From Elstera litoralis (GTDB lineage Bacteria; Pseudomonadota; Alphaproteobacteria; Elsterales; Elsteraceae), in contig NZ_LAJY01000137.1 of assembly GCF_000963705.1 (NCBI RefSeq), positions 1 to 24,000 on the forward strand: 24,000 nucleotides of DNA, given 5' to 3'. A program made the translations under genes and the position numbers. Position 1 is the stretch's first letter; each line of letters begins with the position of its first letter. Of the stretch, positions 6,740 through 17,729 are shown in pieces. The notes under the pieces were generated by a model, which made no database searches, was not told the origin of the DNA, and saw only the letters and a program-made list of their open reading frames with translations.

Positions 6740-8349
6740 ATGTCTCGCCCAACCTGCGTTATTGGCTTTCTGGGGTCCAATCTGGACGCGCGCGGCGGAA
6801 CCCGCTGGTCCCGCTGGCGGCCCACCATCGGCCTCTGTCATCAGCCGATCTGCGGGTGGACCGGCTGGTTCTTCTGTATCGAACGCCCCATACCGCGCTA
6901 GCGAACCAGGTTGTTGCCGACCTTGCCGAGGTTTCACCGGAAACGCGCGTTGACCTGCGCTGCCTGGATTTCGACGACCCGTGGAGTTTTGAGGAGGTTT
7001 ATGGGCGGCTGCTGGATTTCGCCCGCGCCTATCCTTTCCAGCCCGACCGGGAGGATTATTTAGTCCACATCACGACCGGAACCCATGTTGCGCAGATCTG
7101 CCTGTTCTTGCTAACCGAGGCGCGGTTTATGCCGGGGCGCTTGGCGCAGACCTTTCCCGATACCGATGGGCGCGGAGGCGGGCGCGGCAAGTGGGCGGCG
7201 ATCGATCTTGATCTGTCGCGGTACGATAGCATCGCCCGCCGTTTTGCTGAGGCGGCGCAGGCCGATGCCTCCTTCCTGAAGTCCGGCATTGCCACGCGCA
7301 ACCCCGCTTTCAATCGGCTGATTGCCGATATTGAAACCGTAGTGTTGGGCAGCCGCGCCCCGATCCTGCTGACAGGGCCGACCGGGGCGGGAAAAACCCA
7401 ACTCGCGCGCCGCATTTATGCGCTCAAAAAGCTGAAACATCAGGTTTCCGGGGCTTTTGTTGAGGTCAATTGTGCCACCTTGCGCGGCGATGGGGCGATG
7501 TCCGCCCTCTTCGGGCATCGGCGCGGGGCTTTCACGGGGGCTATCCAGGACCGCCCCGGCCTGCTGCGCACCGCCGATAAGGGCCTGCTGTTTCTCGACG
7601 AGATCGGCGAACTTGGGCTGGACGAGCAGGCCATGATGCTGCGCGCGCTGGAGGAAAAGCGCTTTCTGCCCGTGGGGGCCGATCTCGAAGTCGGTTCGGA
7701 GTTTCAGTTGATCGCCGGGACCAACCGCGATTTGGGGACCGCCGTTGCCGCCGGGCGGTTCCGCGAGGATCTCTATGCCCGCCTCAATCTCTGGACCTTC
7801 CGTCTGCCCGGCCTTGCCGACCGGCGCGAGGATATCGAACCCAATTTGGCCTATGAGGTGGCGCGGTTCGCCGAGCGCGAGGGCCGCAGCCTGCGCTTTA
7901 CCCGTGAGGCGGAAGCGCGCTACCTGCGCTTTGCCCTGTCGGATGGGGCGCGCTGGACCGGCAATTTTCGGGATCTTGCGGCAAGCCTCACGCGCATGGG
8001 AACCCTTGCCCCCGCCGGACGGATCGATCTTGAAACCGTGGAGGCCGAAATTCTACGGCTAACGGCCTTATGGCAGGGCAGCAGCGGGGGGGCTGCGGAG
8101 GATTCGTTAAGCACGCTCGGCTTTGGCCCCGATGCCTTGGATTTGTTCGACCGGGTTCAATTGGCCGAAGTCGTGCGCGTCTGCCGGGCCGCGCGCAGCG
8201 CGTCGGACGCGGGGCGCACCCTGTTTTCCGCCTCGCGCAGCCAGCGGCGCAGCACCAATGACGCCGACCGGCTACGCAAATATCTCGCGCGCTTCGGGCT
8301 CGATTGGGCAGGGATCACCAGCGGCGGGGCCGCACCACCAGGGCCTTGA
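6740..8349 (+). pseudogene. rtcR: sigma54-dependent transcriptional activator RtcR (CARF domain + AAA+ + HTH), frame broken as sequenced by a 1-nt deletion near 6847
   Basis: ATG 6740 gives MSRPTCVIGFLGSNLDARGGTRWSRWRPTIGLCHQP, an RtcR-type N-terminus, and then runs to a stop. The -1 frame continues DLRVDRLVLLYRTPH... into ORF 6856..8349. That ORF has Walker A GPTGAGKT, the sigma54-contact motif GAFTGA, and the C-terminal NDADRLRKYLARFGL. Restoring one G (CCG GAT) gives about 536 aa. Confidence 0.85.
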
Positions 8350-10912
8350 AGGCTTCCATCAGCGGGATAATAGAAAAACCAATCGCGGCCATCAGCAACC
8401 AGTCGGCAAACGGCAGGGGCTGGAGCCCGAGAAGATCACGCGACCAGGGCACCAATCCCGCCCCGATCTGCAAAACCTGCGTGCCGAGAATGCCCAAAAG
8501 CAGCACAGGGTTACTGGCGAACGGGATCGCCAGAACCGAGCGGCGCTCCGAGCGGCTATTGAGGCAATGGGCGTTTTCGAAGCACAACATCAGCCACAGC
8601 AAGTTAGTTTGCGCCAGCGCCGGGCTGGCCCCCAAGCTCAGAAGAAGCTGATAGGTTGCAAACGCCACGCCGCCAATCCACAGTCCCGAGAGGCTGACCT
8701 GCGTAATCATCAGCGGATCGAACAAAGCCTCGCCGGGCGGGCGCGGGCGACGGTTTAGAATATCCGGCGCGCCTTTCTCGAACGCTAAAGCCACGTCTTG
8801 AATGCCGTTGCTCACCAGATTGAGCCACAGCAATTGCACCGCCGTCAGCGGTGGCGGCGTGTTAGTCGCGGTCGCCAGGACGAACAGCAGCACTTCGGCA
8901 ACGCCGGTTGCAACGGAAAGTTGGATGATTTTGCGGACATTGTCATAGGCCACGCGGCCTTCGGCGATGCCGTTGAGGATGGTGGCGAAACGATCATCGA
9001 CCAGCACCAGATCGGCCGCTTCCCGCGCCACATCGGTGCCATTGCGGCCCATAGCGATGCCGATATCGGCGGCGCGCAAGGCGGGCGCATCATTCACCCC
9101 GTCCCCCGTTACGGCGACCTGATGGCCCAAGCGGCGCAAAGCCTCGACGATTTCCAGCTTTTGCAGTGGCTCAATGCGGGCGAAGACTTTTGCCCGTGCA
9201 ACGGTTGCATCGAATTCCGCCGTTTCCATCGCGGTCAAAGCGGACCCCGTCACAACCTCGCTGTCCGCCTCGGCGAGCCCCAGGCGGCGGGCAATGGCGA
9301 GCGCCGTCAGCGGGTGGTCGCCGGTAATCATCCGCACGTCGATTCCTCCAGTACGGGCGGTTGCAATCGCGCCCGCCGCATCGGGACGGGGCGGATCGAT
9401 GAGCCCGATCAGGCCGACGAGACGATTTCCCTCAAGATGCGCGGCCCCCAACGGCCCGCTAGGCGCGCCCTCCCCTTCCGCAACGGCAATAACTTTATAG
9501 CCCTCAGCGGCTAACCGATTGGCTTCGCCAGACCAGTAAGCGGCATCGCTCTCGGGGCAGAAGCTTAGCAGGGTTTCGAGCGCACCCTTGACGATCACCT
9601 GCCCCGCTCCGGCCTTGTCGCGCAGCACTGCCGCAAATTTCCGTTCGGATTCATAGGGTAAGGTTGCAACCACCGCCGAGGCGCTAAAGCCATGATCGGG
9701 GCCGGAAGCATCGCCGGTCAGCGTTTCGGACCAGGCCAGCAACGCCACATCCACCGCATCGCCCACCGCCCCAACGCGGCGATTCGCGTCATCCGGGCCG
9801 AGCGACGCATCGGTACAATGGCGGGCGAGGGTCGCAAGATCCGTCTCCGAAACGCCCTCCGCCGTCACCACCTCGCCCACGCTCAACTCGTTCAGCGTCA
9901 GCGTGCCGGTTTTGTCGGAGGCGATCAGCGTGGCCGACCCCAGCCCCTCCACCGCCGGTAACGCCCGAACGATCACATTGCGCGCCGCCATTCGCCGCAC
10001 GCTGAGGGAGAGGGCGACGGTAATCGCTACCGGCAAGCCTTCGGGAATGGCCGAAACCGCCAGCGCAATCGCCACCACCATCACCTCGATCAAAGGCGCG
10101 CCGCGCAGGGTTTCTACCAGCGCGATCAGCGCGATCACCCCCAAAATCGCAATCCCGAACACGCGGGTGAACTGGGCGAGGCGCGCGGTGAGCGGCGGTT
10201 GCGGGGCCGGGGCCAAGCGCAGGGAGGCTGAGATTTTACCGATTTCCGTGGCTTCTGCCGTCGCCACCACCAGCCCCAGCGCGCGGCCCGTTTGCACGAG
10301 GCTTCCGGCATACAGCAGACTGGCGCGGTCGCCCAAAGCCGCGTCGGGCGCATCGACGCCGGGGGCTTTGGCCGTGGCGACCGATTCGCCCGTGAGCAGG
10401 CTTTCATCGGCCTGCAAGCCGGTGGCGGTGAGCAGTTTCAGATCGGCGGGCACGCGCATCCCGGTTTCGAGCTTCACCCGGTCGCCGGGGACGAGATCGA
10501 TCACGGGGAGCGTTTGCTCCCGCCCATCGCGGATCGCCACCGCCTGCCCGCCGACCATATGGCGCAAGGCATTCGTTTGCCGTTCGGCCCGCCATTCTTG
10601 GATCGAGCCGATAAGGGCATTCGTGACGAGCACAAATGCGATAAACCCGGCGTCGGTCACATCGTCCAGAAACACGGCAAGCGCCGCCGCCCCCGCCAGA
10701 AGCGCGATGAACGGGCTAACGAACTGGGCGAGGAACACGCGCCAGAACGGCTTTCCCGGCGGTTGCGGTAGTTGATTGGGGCCAACCGCGATCAAGCGTT
10801 GGGCGGCCTCATCCGAACTCAGCCCCTCCGCCGGGCTGACGAGCGCGCTTTGGCACGCCTCGGGGGTTTGGGAAAAAGCGGTGGGCAAAAAAGCGGGGGG
10901 CGTTTGGATCAT
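8315..10912 (-). CDS. cation-transporting P-type ATPase (P2-type, Ca2+/Mg2+-like)
   Basis: Intact 865-aa ORF with a cation-ATPase N-terminal domain (GLSSDEAAQRL). It carries TGES, the TM4 motif AIPEGLP, the phosphorylation site SDKTGTLT, TGDHPLTA, and the hinge motif VTGDGVNDAPAL. Its 3' end overlaps rtcR convergently by 35 nt. Confidence 0.9.
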   Translation of the reverse strand: MIQTPPAFLPTAFSQTPEACQSALVSPAEGLSSDEAAQRLIAVGPNQLPQPPGKPFWRVFLAQFVSPFIALLAGAAALAVFLDDVTDAGFIAFVLVTNALIGSIQEWRAERQTNALRHMVGGQAVAIRDGREQTLPVIDLVPGDRVKLETGMRVPADLKLLTATGLQADESLLTGESVATAKAPGVDAPDAALGDRASLLYAGSLVQTGRALGLVVATAEATEIGKISASLRLAPAPQPPLTARLAQFTRVFGIAILGVIALIALVETLRGAPLIEVMVVAIALAVSAIPEGLPVAITVALSLSVRRMAARNVIVRALPAVEGLGSATLIASDKTGTLTLNELSVGEVVTAEGVSETDLATLARHCTDASLGPDDANRRVGAVGDAVDVALLAWSETLTGDASGPDHGFSASAVVATLPYESERKFAAVLRDKAGAGQVIVKGALETLLSFCPESDAAYWSGEANRLAAEGYKVIAVAEGEGAPSGPLGAAHLEGNRLVGLIGLIDPPRPDAAGAIATARTGGIDVRMITGDHPLTALAIARRLGLAEADSEVVTGSALTAMETAEFDATVARAKVFARIEPLQKLEIVEALRRLGHQVAVTGDGVNDAPALRAADIGIAMGRNGTDVAREAADLVLVDDRFATILNGIAEGRVAYDNVRKIIQLSVATGVAEVLLFVLATATNTPPPLTAVQLLWLNLVSNGIQDVALAFEKGAPDILNRRPRPPGEALFDPLMITQVSLSGLWIGGVAFATYQLLLSLGASPALAQTNLLWLMLCFENAHCLNSRSERRSVLAIPFASNPVLLLGILGTQVLQIGAGLVPWSRDLLGLQPLPFADWLLMAAIGFSIIPLMEAFKALVVRPRRW

Positions 10913-10940
10913 CCCGCCAGTCTAACAGGAGTCCAAGACG

Positions 10941-11435
10941 CTATGATTGATCTTGCTCAAATTCCGCGAGATAGGTGCCGATCAATCGATCCAGCGTTGC
11001 AAAATCCGCCTCGGCGAGCCCCGCGACCAAGCGCGATTGGGTTGCCACATGGCTCGTTACCGCCGCCTCGATGAGATCAAAGCCAGTCGGCGTGAGGCTA
11101 ACGATCACGCTGCGCCCGTCCTGCGGGTTGGCCGTGCGTGCCACCAGCCCCATTTTTTCAAGTTGATCGATTCGGCTGGTCAGCGTGCCGGAGGTAATCA
11201 TCATCGTCGCCAGCAAATCGCCCGGCGAGAGCGCAAAGGGCTCCCCCGAACGGCGCAAGGTGGCGAGCACGTCGAAATTAGCCGCCGTCAGCCCGTGTTT
11301 TGCCAGATTGGCGTCAATCGCGCCGCGCAAATGGCCCATCAGCCGCGCCATACGACCAAAGAGCCCCATCGCGCTTACGTCCAAGTCGGGACGTTCGGCC
11401 CGCCATTGGGCCAGAATTTTATCGACATGATCCAT
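10941..11435 (-). CDS. MarR family transcriptional regulator
   Basis: 164-aa ORF with a winged-helix MarR pattern (FDVLATLRRSGEPFALSPGDLLATMMITSGTLTSRIDQLEKMGLVART...DGRSVIVSLTPTG). It lies 28 nt upstream of the ATPase on the same strand, and palindromic operators sit in its own upstream region. Confidence 0.85.
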   Translation of the reverse strand: MDHVDKILAQWRAERPDLDVSAMGLFGRMARLMGHLRGAIDANLAKHGLTAANFDVLATLRRSGEPFALSPGDLLATMMITSGTLTSRIDQLEKMGLVARTANPQDGRSVIVSLTPTGFDLIEAAVTSHVATQSRLVAGLAEADFATLDRLIGTYLAEFEQDQS

Positions 11436-11456
11436 CGGGGTAGTTGAGCGGTGATT

Positions 11457-11500
11457 TATCTTGATGTCAAGATATTTGAAACTATCTTGACATCAAGATA
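11457..11500. promoter_or_regulatory. pair of 18-bp perfect palindromes (candidate MarR operators)
   Basis: TATCTTGATGTCAAGATA (11457-11474) and TATCTTGACATCAAGATA (11483-11500). Each is self-complementary, and they are reverse complements of each other. Centres are 26 bp apart. They lie between divergent marR (start 11435) and the EamA gene (RBS AAGGAG 11502-11507, ATG 11517). Confidence 0.7.
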
Positions 11501-11516
11501 AAAGGAGCCCCCCACC

Positions 11517-12364
11517 ATGCCCCGCAGCGCCGACTTGGCCCTGACTGCCCTCGCCCCGGCGATCTGGGGCAGCACCTATATTGTGACGACGCAACTGCTG
11601 CCGCCCGATCATCCGCTCTGGGTGGCCTTAGTGCGCGCGCTCCCGGCAGGGCTCCTGCTGCTGCTGATCGTGCGGCACCTGCCGCGCGGGATTTGGTGGG
11701 GCCGGGTGTTTATTCTCGGCGCACTGAATTTTTCGATCTTCTGGGCGCTGCTGTTCGTCAGCGCCTATCGGCTGCCGGGCGGTGTGGCGGCGACGGTAGG
11801 GGCGATCCAGCCGTTGATCGTGATTGGATTGGAGCGGCTGTTCTTCAAAGCGCCAGTGCGGGGACTGTCGATTCTTGTTGGGTTGATCGGGATTACGGGG
11901 GTTGCCCTGCTGGTCTTAACGCCGAACGCCGTGCTCGACCCGATTGGCGTCGCTGCCGGGCTGGGCGGCGCGCTGTCGATGGCGGCGGGAACCGTCTTCA
12001 GCCGCTATTGGCGACCGCCCGTCTCGGCCCTCACCTTCACCGCCTGGCAACTCACGGCGGGTGGGCTGCTGCTGGTGCCCCTCGCGCTGCTGTTCGAACC
12101 CACCCTACCGCTGCCGACGGGCCGAAACCTTCTTGGCTTTGCTTACCTCGGCCTGGTCGGCGCGGCGCTGACCTATCTGCTCTGGTTCCGGGGCCTTGCG
12201 CGGCTGAAACCCTCAATCGTCGCGCCCCTGGGCTTCCTCAGCCCCTTGATGGCCGTGCTGCTCGGTTGGAGCCTACTCGGCCAAGCGCTCACCCCGGCGC
12301 AACTGGCGGGGGTGGCCGTGGTCTTGGGCAGCGTTTGGCTCAATCAGCGCCTGAGCGTGAAAAA

Positions 12365-12368
<4 letters not shown>
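11517..12368 (+). CDS. EamA/DMT-family transporter (PecM-like)
   Basis: 283-aa ORF, about 10 TM segments, two EamA-like halves. The N-terminus [22 protein letters not shown]...[13 protein letters not shown] is typical of PecM-like DMT exporters. Good RBS. Confidence 0.85.
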
Positions 12369-13762
<1,394 letters not shown>

Positions 13763-13809
13763 ACCTATGCGCCTTTCTTAAACCGGGGAGCGGTTACAAG
13801 GCACCGGGC

Positions 13810-14748
13810 TTAAACGTCCGTCAAGCGCTTCCGAAACGCCGTTAAGGTCTTTTCCACCCAAGCGACCATGAAGTCGGAAAACTCCTGAATCAACGGCGAG
13901 ACGGGTACCCCCGCCAGCGTGACCAAATCGAACACCTGCCGGTCGCCCTCAATCTCGAAGGGGCGCAGCACGACGCCCGGCGTTTCGAACTGCATTGCCA
14001 TCAACTCATTCACCACGGCTACGCCCAGCCCCGCCGTCGCAAAACCGCAGCAGGCGGCGACTGTCATCGCCTCCACTTTCACGCGCGGGCGCACGCCGGC
14101 GGTAAGCAACGCCTGTTCGAGCAGATGCCGGGAGGGGCTGTCGCGGCGCAGCATCACCAGCGGCGCATCCTTCAAATCCTCCGGCCCGAAAACCCCTGGT
14201 TGCTGCGCCAGCGGGTGTTTGGCCGGAATGATGCAGACCGAGCGCGCTTCGAAGCTGCACAGAATATCGGTCCCCGGATGGCGCACCGGGCGTTTCAGAA
14301 TGGCCAAATCAAGCGCCCCCGCCGCCACCTGCCCGCCCACGACCTCGTAACGCCCGGCTTGATGTTCGAAGGCGAGCCCCGGATAGCGCGCGCTGAAAGC
14401 CCCGCAGATTTGCGGCAATACCTGGAAGCCCAAACTATGGGGCGCGCCAATCCGTAAAGTGGCGGGCGCATCGGCGCGCAGGCGGCTGGCGAGATTAACG
14501 ATCCGCTCGATACTATCGAAAGCGTTGGCGACCTCGCGGTGCAGTTCCACGGCTTGATCGGTGGCGACCAAGCGCCCGGCCTTGCGCTCGAACAGGCGCA
14601 AATCCAACGCCTCCTCCAGTTGCGCCAACTGCTGACTAACGGCGGGCTGGGTAATCGCCAGTCTATCGGCCGCCGCCGTGGCGCTGCCGGTCGCCATAAT
14701 CGCGCGGAAAACCCGCAGGTGCCGGAGGGTAAGGGTTAGATTTTCCAT
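13810..14748 (-). CDS. LysR family transcriptional regulator
   Basis: 312-aa ORF with an N-terminal HTH (LRHLRVFRAIMATGSATAAADRLAITQPAVSQQLAQLEEAL) and a LysR substrate-binding domain. It is divergent from the ABC operon. Confidence 0.9.
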   Translation of the reverse strand: MENLTLTLRHLRVFRAIMATGSATAAADRLAITQPAVSQQLAQLEEALDLRLFERKAGRLVATDQAVELHREVANAFDSIERIVNLASRLRADAPATLRIGAPHSLGFQVLPQICGAFSARYPGLAFEHQAGRYEVVGGQVAAGALDLAILKRPVRHPGTDILCSFEARSVCIIPAKHPLAQQPGVFGPEDLKDAPLVMLRRDSPSRHLLEQALLTAGVRPRVKVEAMTVAACCGFATAGLGVAVVNELMAMQFETPGVVLRPFEIEGDRQVFDLVTLAGVPVSPLIQEFSDFMVAWVEKTLTAFRKRLTDV

Positions 14749-14897
14749 AAAAACTCGCCAAACAAGGGAGAGGGCGACGGCGAATAATCTCCCCTAATGG
14801 GAGCATCAGAACAAACGATTTCCGCATCGGCATGGTCGGGAGCAATAATCTTTCTTACGGGCTCACGCCATCGTTATAAAAGAAGGGCCGGGGAAAA

Positions 14898-15872
14898 TTG
14901 CTCGTTTTCATTATTCGGCGGCTGCTGCAAAGCTGCGTCGTTATCCTGGCGGTCTCGCTGATCGTTTTCGTCGGCCTCTACGGCGTCGGCGATCCGAGCC
15001 TGCTGCTGATCGACCCCGATGCCAGCGCCGCCGAGCGCGACCAGGCGATTGCCATGCTCGGCCTCGATAAGCCGCTTTATGCCCAATATGGCACCTTCCT
15101 ATGGAACGCGCTGCACGGCGATTTGGGCCGCAGCTTCGTTTATAACGAGCCCTCCATCAGCCTTATTCTCAACCGCCTGCCCGCGACGCTGGAACTGGCG
15201 TTCGTTGCGCTGATTCTGGCGGTCGGCATCGGCATTCCGCTTGGGCTGTGGGCGGGGTTGAAGGGTGATGGGCCGGTGGACCGCACCATCGTGACGGGCT
15301 CGATTTTCGGCTTCAGCCTGCCGAGCTTCTGGCAAGGCATGATGCTGGTGTGGATTTTCGCCGTGCTGCTCGGCTGGTTGCCCTCCAACGGGCGCGGCGA
15401 ATTGGGCGAGATTTTCGGGATCAAAACCAGCCTTGCCACGCTGGACGGTTGGCGGCACCTGATTTTGCCCGCGATCAACCTCGCCCTGTTTAAAACCGCC
15501 CTCCTCATCCGCCTCACCCGCGCCGGGGTGCGTGAAGCCCTCGTGCTGGATTTCGTGAAATTCGCCCGCGCTAAGGGCCTGCGCGAGAACCGCATTATCG
15601 GGGTGCATGTGCTGAAATATATCCTTGTGCCCATCGTGACCGTCACCGGGCTGGAGTTCGGGCAGTTGGTGGCCTTTGCCACCGTGACCGAAACCGTTTT
15701 CGCCTGGCCGGGCTCGGGCAAGCTCATCATCGACAGTATCTATAAGCTCGACCGGCCCGTGGTGGTCGCTTACCTGATGGTCGTGGTGGCGATGTTCATC
15801 ACCATCAATCTGCTGGTCGATATCCTCTATTCCGCGCTCGATCCGCGCGTGCGCTTGGCGGAGAAACGCTGA
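14898..15872 (+). CDS. ABC transporter permease, peptide/nickel (DppB/OppB-like) family
   Basis: 324-aa ORF with a TTG start preceded by GGGGA. The N-terminus MLVFIIRRLLQSCVVIL and the C-terminus DILYSALDPRVR are typical of the family, as are the multiple TM segments. Confidence 0.9.
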   Translation: MLVFIIRRLLQSCVVILAVSLIVFVGLYGVGDPSLLLIDPDASAAERDQAIAMLGLDKPLYAQYGTFLWNALHGDLGRSFVYNEPSISLILNRLPATLELAFVALILAVGIGIPLGLWAGLKGDGPVDRTIVTGSIFGFSLPSFWQGMMLVWIFAVLLGWLPSNGRGELGEIFGIKTSLATLDGWRHLILPAINLALFKTALLIRLTRAGVREALVLDFVKFARAKGLRENRIIGVHVLKYILVPIVTVTGLEFGQLVAFATVTETVFAWPGSGKLIIDSIYKLDRPVVVAYLMVVVAMFITINLLVDILYSALDPRVRLAEKR

Positions 15873-16747
15873 TGGCCGGAAATATCGCCCGCGTCGCCCG
15901 CCAGTTCGCAGGCTCGCCCTTCGCCGTGGTCGCCGCCACGATTGTCGCCCTGCTGCTGCTGACCGCCGTTTTCGGCCCGTCGCTAGTGCCGCAGAACCCC
16001 TATAATCTCGCCGAACTGGGTATGGCCGATAATATGCTGCCCCCCGGCGCGCAGGCCGAAGCGGGCTTTACCCTGCTGCTCGGCGCCGACGGCCAGGGCC
16101 GCGATATGCTCTCGACGATGGTGTACGGGTTGCGTACCAGCATCGCCGTGGGCATTTCGGCCTGTTTTGTCGCCGTCGCTTTCGGCACGATCCTGGGCCT
16201 GATCGCGGGCTATGTCGGCGGGCGCACCGAGACGGTCATTATGCGCCTTGTCGATTTCATGCTGAGCTTTCCGACCATTCTGATCGCGTTGATGATTATG
16301 GCGATGCTCGGCCAGGGCTTGGCGAAACTCATCTTCGCGCTGATCTTGGTGCAATGGGCCTATTTCGCCCGCGTCGTCCGGGGGGCCGCCCTAGTCGAGC
16401 GCTCGAAGGATTATATCGAAGCCGCGCGCTGCCTGCGGTTGGGGCCGGTGCGCATCATCCTCGGGCATTTGCTGCCCAACTGCCTGCCGCCGGTGATTGT
16501 GGTGGGAACACTGCAAATCGCCTCGGCGATTGCCACCGAAGCCACTCTTTCTTTCCTCGGCATTGGCTTGCCGATCACCGAACCCTCGCTGGGGCTGCTG
16601 ATTGCCAATGGCTATGAGCATCTGCTGACCGGCAAATATTGGGTCGCGGTCTTCCCCGGCGTGCTGCTGCTGGTGCTGATTTTCAGCATCAATATCGCGG
16701 GCGACCGGCTACGCGAGATCCTTAACCCACGCCTGCAAGGACGTTAG
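15872..16747 (+). CDS. ABC transporter permease, DppC/OppC-like
   Basis: 291-aa ORF whose start overlaps the previous stop (TGATG). It has a BPD-transport core and a C-terminal GDRLREILNPR motif. Confidence 0.9.
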   Translation: MAGNIARVARQFAGSPFAVVAATIVALLLLTAVFGPSLVPQNPYNLAELGMADNMLPPGAQAEAGFTLLLGADGQGRDMLSTMVYGLRTSIAVGISACFVAVAFGTILGLIAGYVGGRTETVIMRLVDFMLSFPTILIALMIMAMLGQGLAKLIFALILVQWAYFARVVRGAALVERSKDYIEAARCLRLGPVRIILGHLLPNCLPPVIVVGTLQIASAIATEATLSFLGIGLPITEPSLGLLIANGYEHLLTGKYWVAVFPGVLLLVLIFSINIAGDRLREILNPRLQGR

Positions 16748-16751
16748 AGCG

Positions 16752-17729
16752 ATGGGCGAAACCCTTCTTTCCGTTCGCGGTCTTGTGACCGAATTTCCCA
16801 CGGCCAAGGGCCCGGCCCGCGCGGTCGATCATGTTTCCTTCGATCTTCAGCGCGGCGAAATCCTTGGGTTGGTGGGCGAAAGCGGCTCCGGCAAAAGCGT
16901 TACCGGCTTTTCCATTATGGGGCTCGTGGAGCCGCCGGGACGGGTTACGGCCGGTAATGTGTTCTTCAACGGCCAAGACCTGCTAACGCGGCCCAAGGAG
17001 GCGATGCGCCAATTGCGCGGCAACCGCATCGCCATGATCTTCCAAGACCCGATGATGACGCTGAACCCCGTGTTGCGCATCGACACGCAGATGATCGAAA
17101 CCTTGCAGGCCCATAGCGACATCAGCCGCGACGCCGCCCGCGCCCGGTCCCGCGAGGTATTGGCGAAAGTCGGCATTCCCTCGCCGGACGAACGGCTGCT
17201 GTGCTACCCGCACCAACTTTCGGGCGGGATGCGACAGCGGGTGGCGATTGCCATTGCCCTGCTGCTCGACCCCGATCTGATTATCGCCGATGAGCCGACA
17301 ACCGCGCTGGACGTGACCATTCAGGCGCAGATTCTGTTCGAAGTGCAAAACCTCTGCCGCGTCACCGGAACCGCGCTCATCTGGATCAGTCATGATCTCG
17401 GCGTCGTCGGCGGGCTCGCGGATCGAATCGCGGTGATGTACGCCGGGCGAATCGTGGAACTCGGCCCGACCGACGCCACCCTCGCCGCGCCGCTGCACCG
17501 CTATACGGAAGGGCTGCTGCACTCGCTGCCGGGGCGCAATCGGCGCGGGGAGCGGCTGCGGCAGATTTCCGGCATGACCCCGGCCTTGATCGATCTGCCG
17601 AAAGGCTGCGCCTTCGCCCCCCGCTGCGCCCAAGCCGATGGTGCCTGCGACGCGCGGCCCCCGCTGCTCGATTTTCCGGGGCAGCGCCAGGCCGCTTGCT
17701 TTCATCCCGTTGCTTTGGAGGCGTTATGA
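16752..17729 (+). CDS. ABC transporter ATP-binding protein, DppD/OppD-like
   Basis: 325-aa ORF with Walker A GESGSGKS, the signature LSGGMRQR, Walker [13 protein letters not shown], and the C-terminal oligopeptide-type extension with GCAFAPRC. Confidence 0.92.
   Translation: MGETLLSVRGLVTEFPTAKGPARAVDHVSFDLQRGEILGLVGESGSGKSVTGFSIMGLVEPPGRVTAGNVFFNGQDLLTRPKEAMRQLRGNRIAMIFQDPMMTLNPVLRIDTQMIETLQAHSDISRDAARARSREVLAKVGIPSPDERLLCYPHQLSGGMRQRVAIAIALLLDPDLIIADEPTTALDVTIQAQILFEVQNLCRVTGTALIWISHDLGVVGGLADRIAVMYAGRIVELGPTDATLAAPLHRYTEGLLHSLPGRNRRGERLRQISGMTPALIDLPKGCAFAPRCAQADGACDARPPLLDFPGQRQAACFHPVALEAL

Noticed and set aside
14766-14793. The inverted repeat GGGAGA-N16-TCTCCC in the lysR/ABC intergenic region as a LysR box.
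   Set aside because: It has only 6-bp arms, does not fit the T-N11-A LysR pattern, and I cannot assess conservation. It is too weak to call.
17696-17725. An N-terminal extension of the dppF-like ORF (track start 17696, [10 protein letters not shown]...).
   Set aside because: ATG 17726 has GGAGG at the correct distance, overlaps the upstream stop as ATGA, and gives the family-typical N-terminus [15 protein letters not shown].
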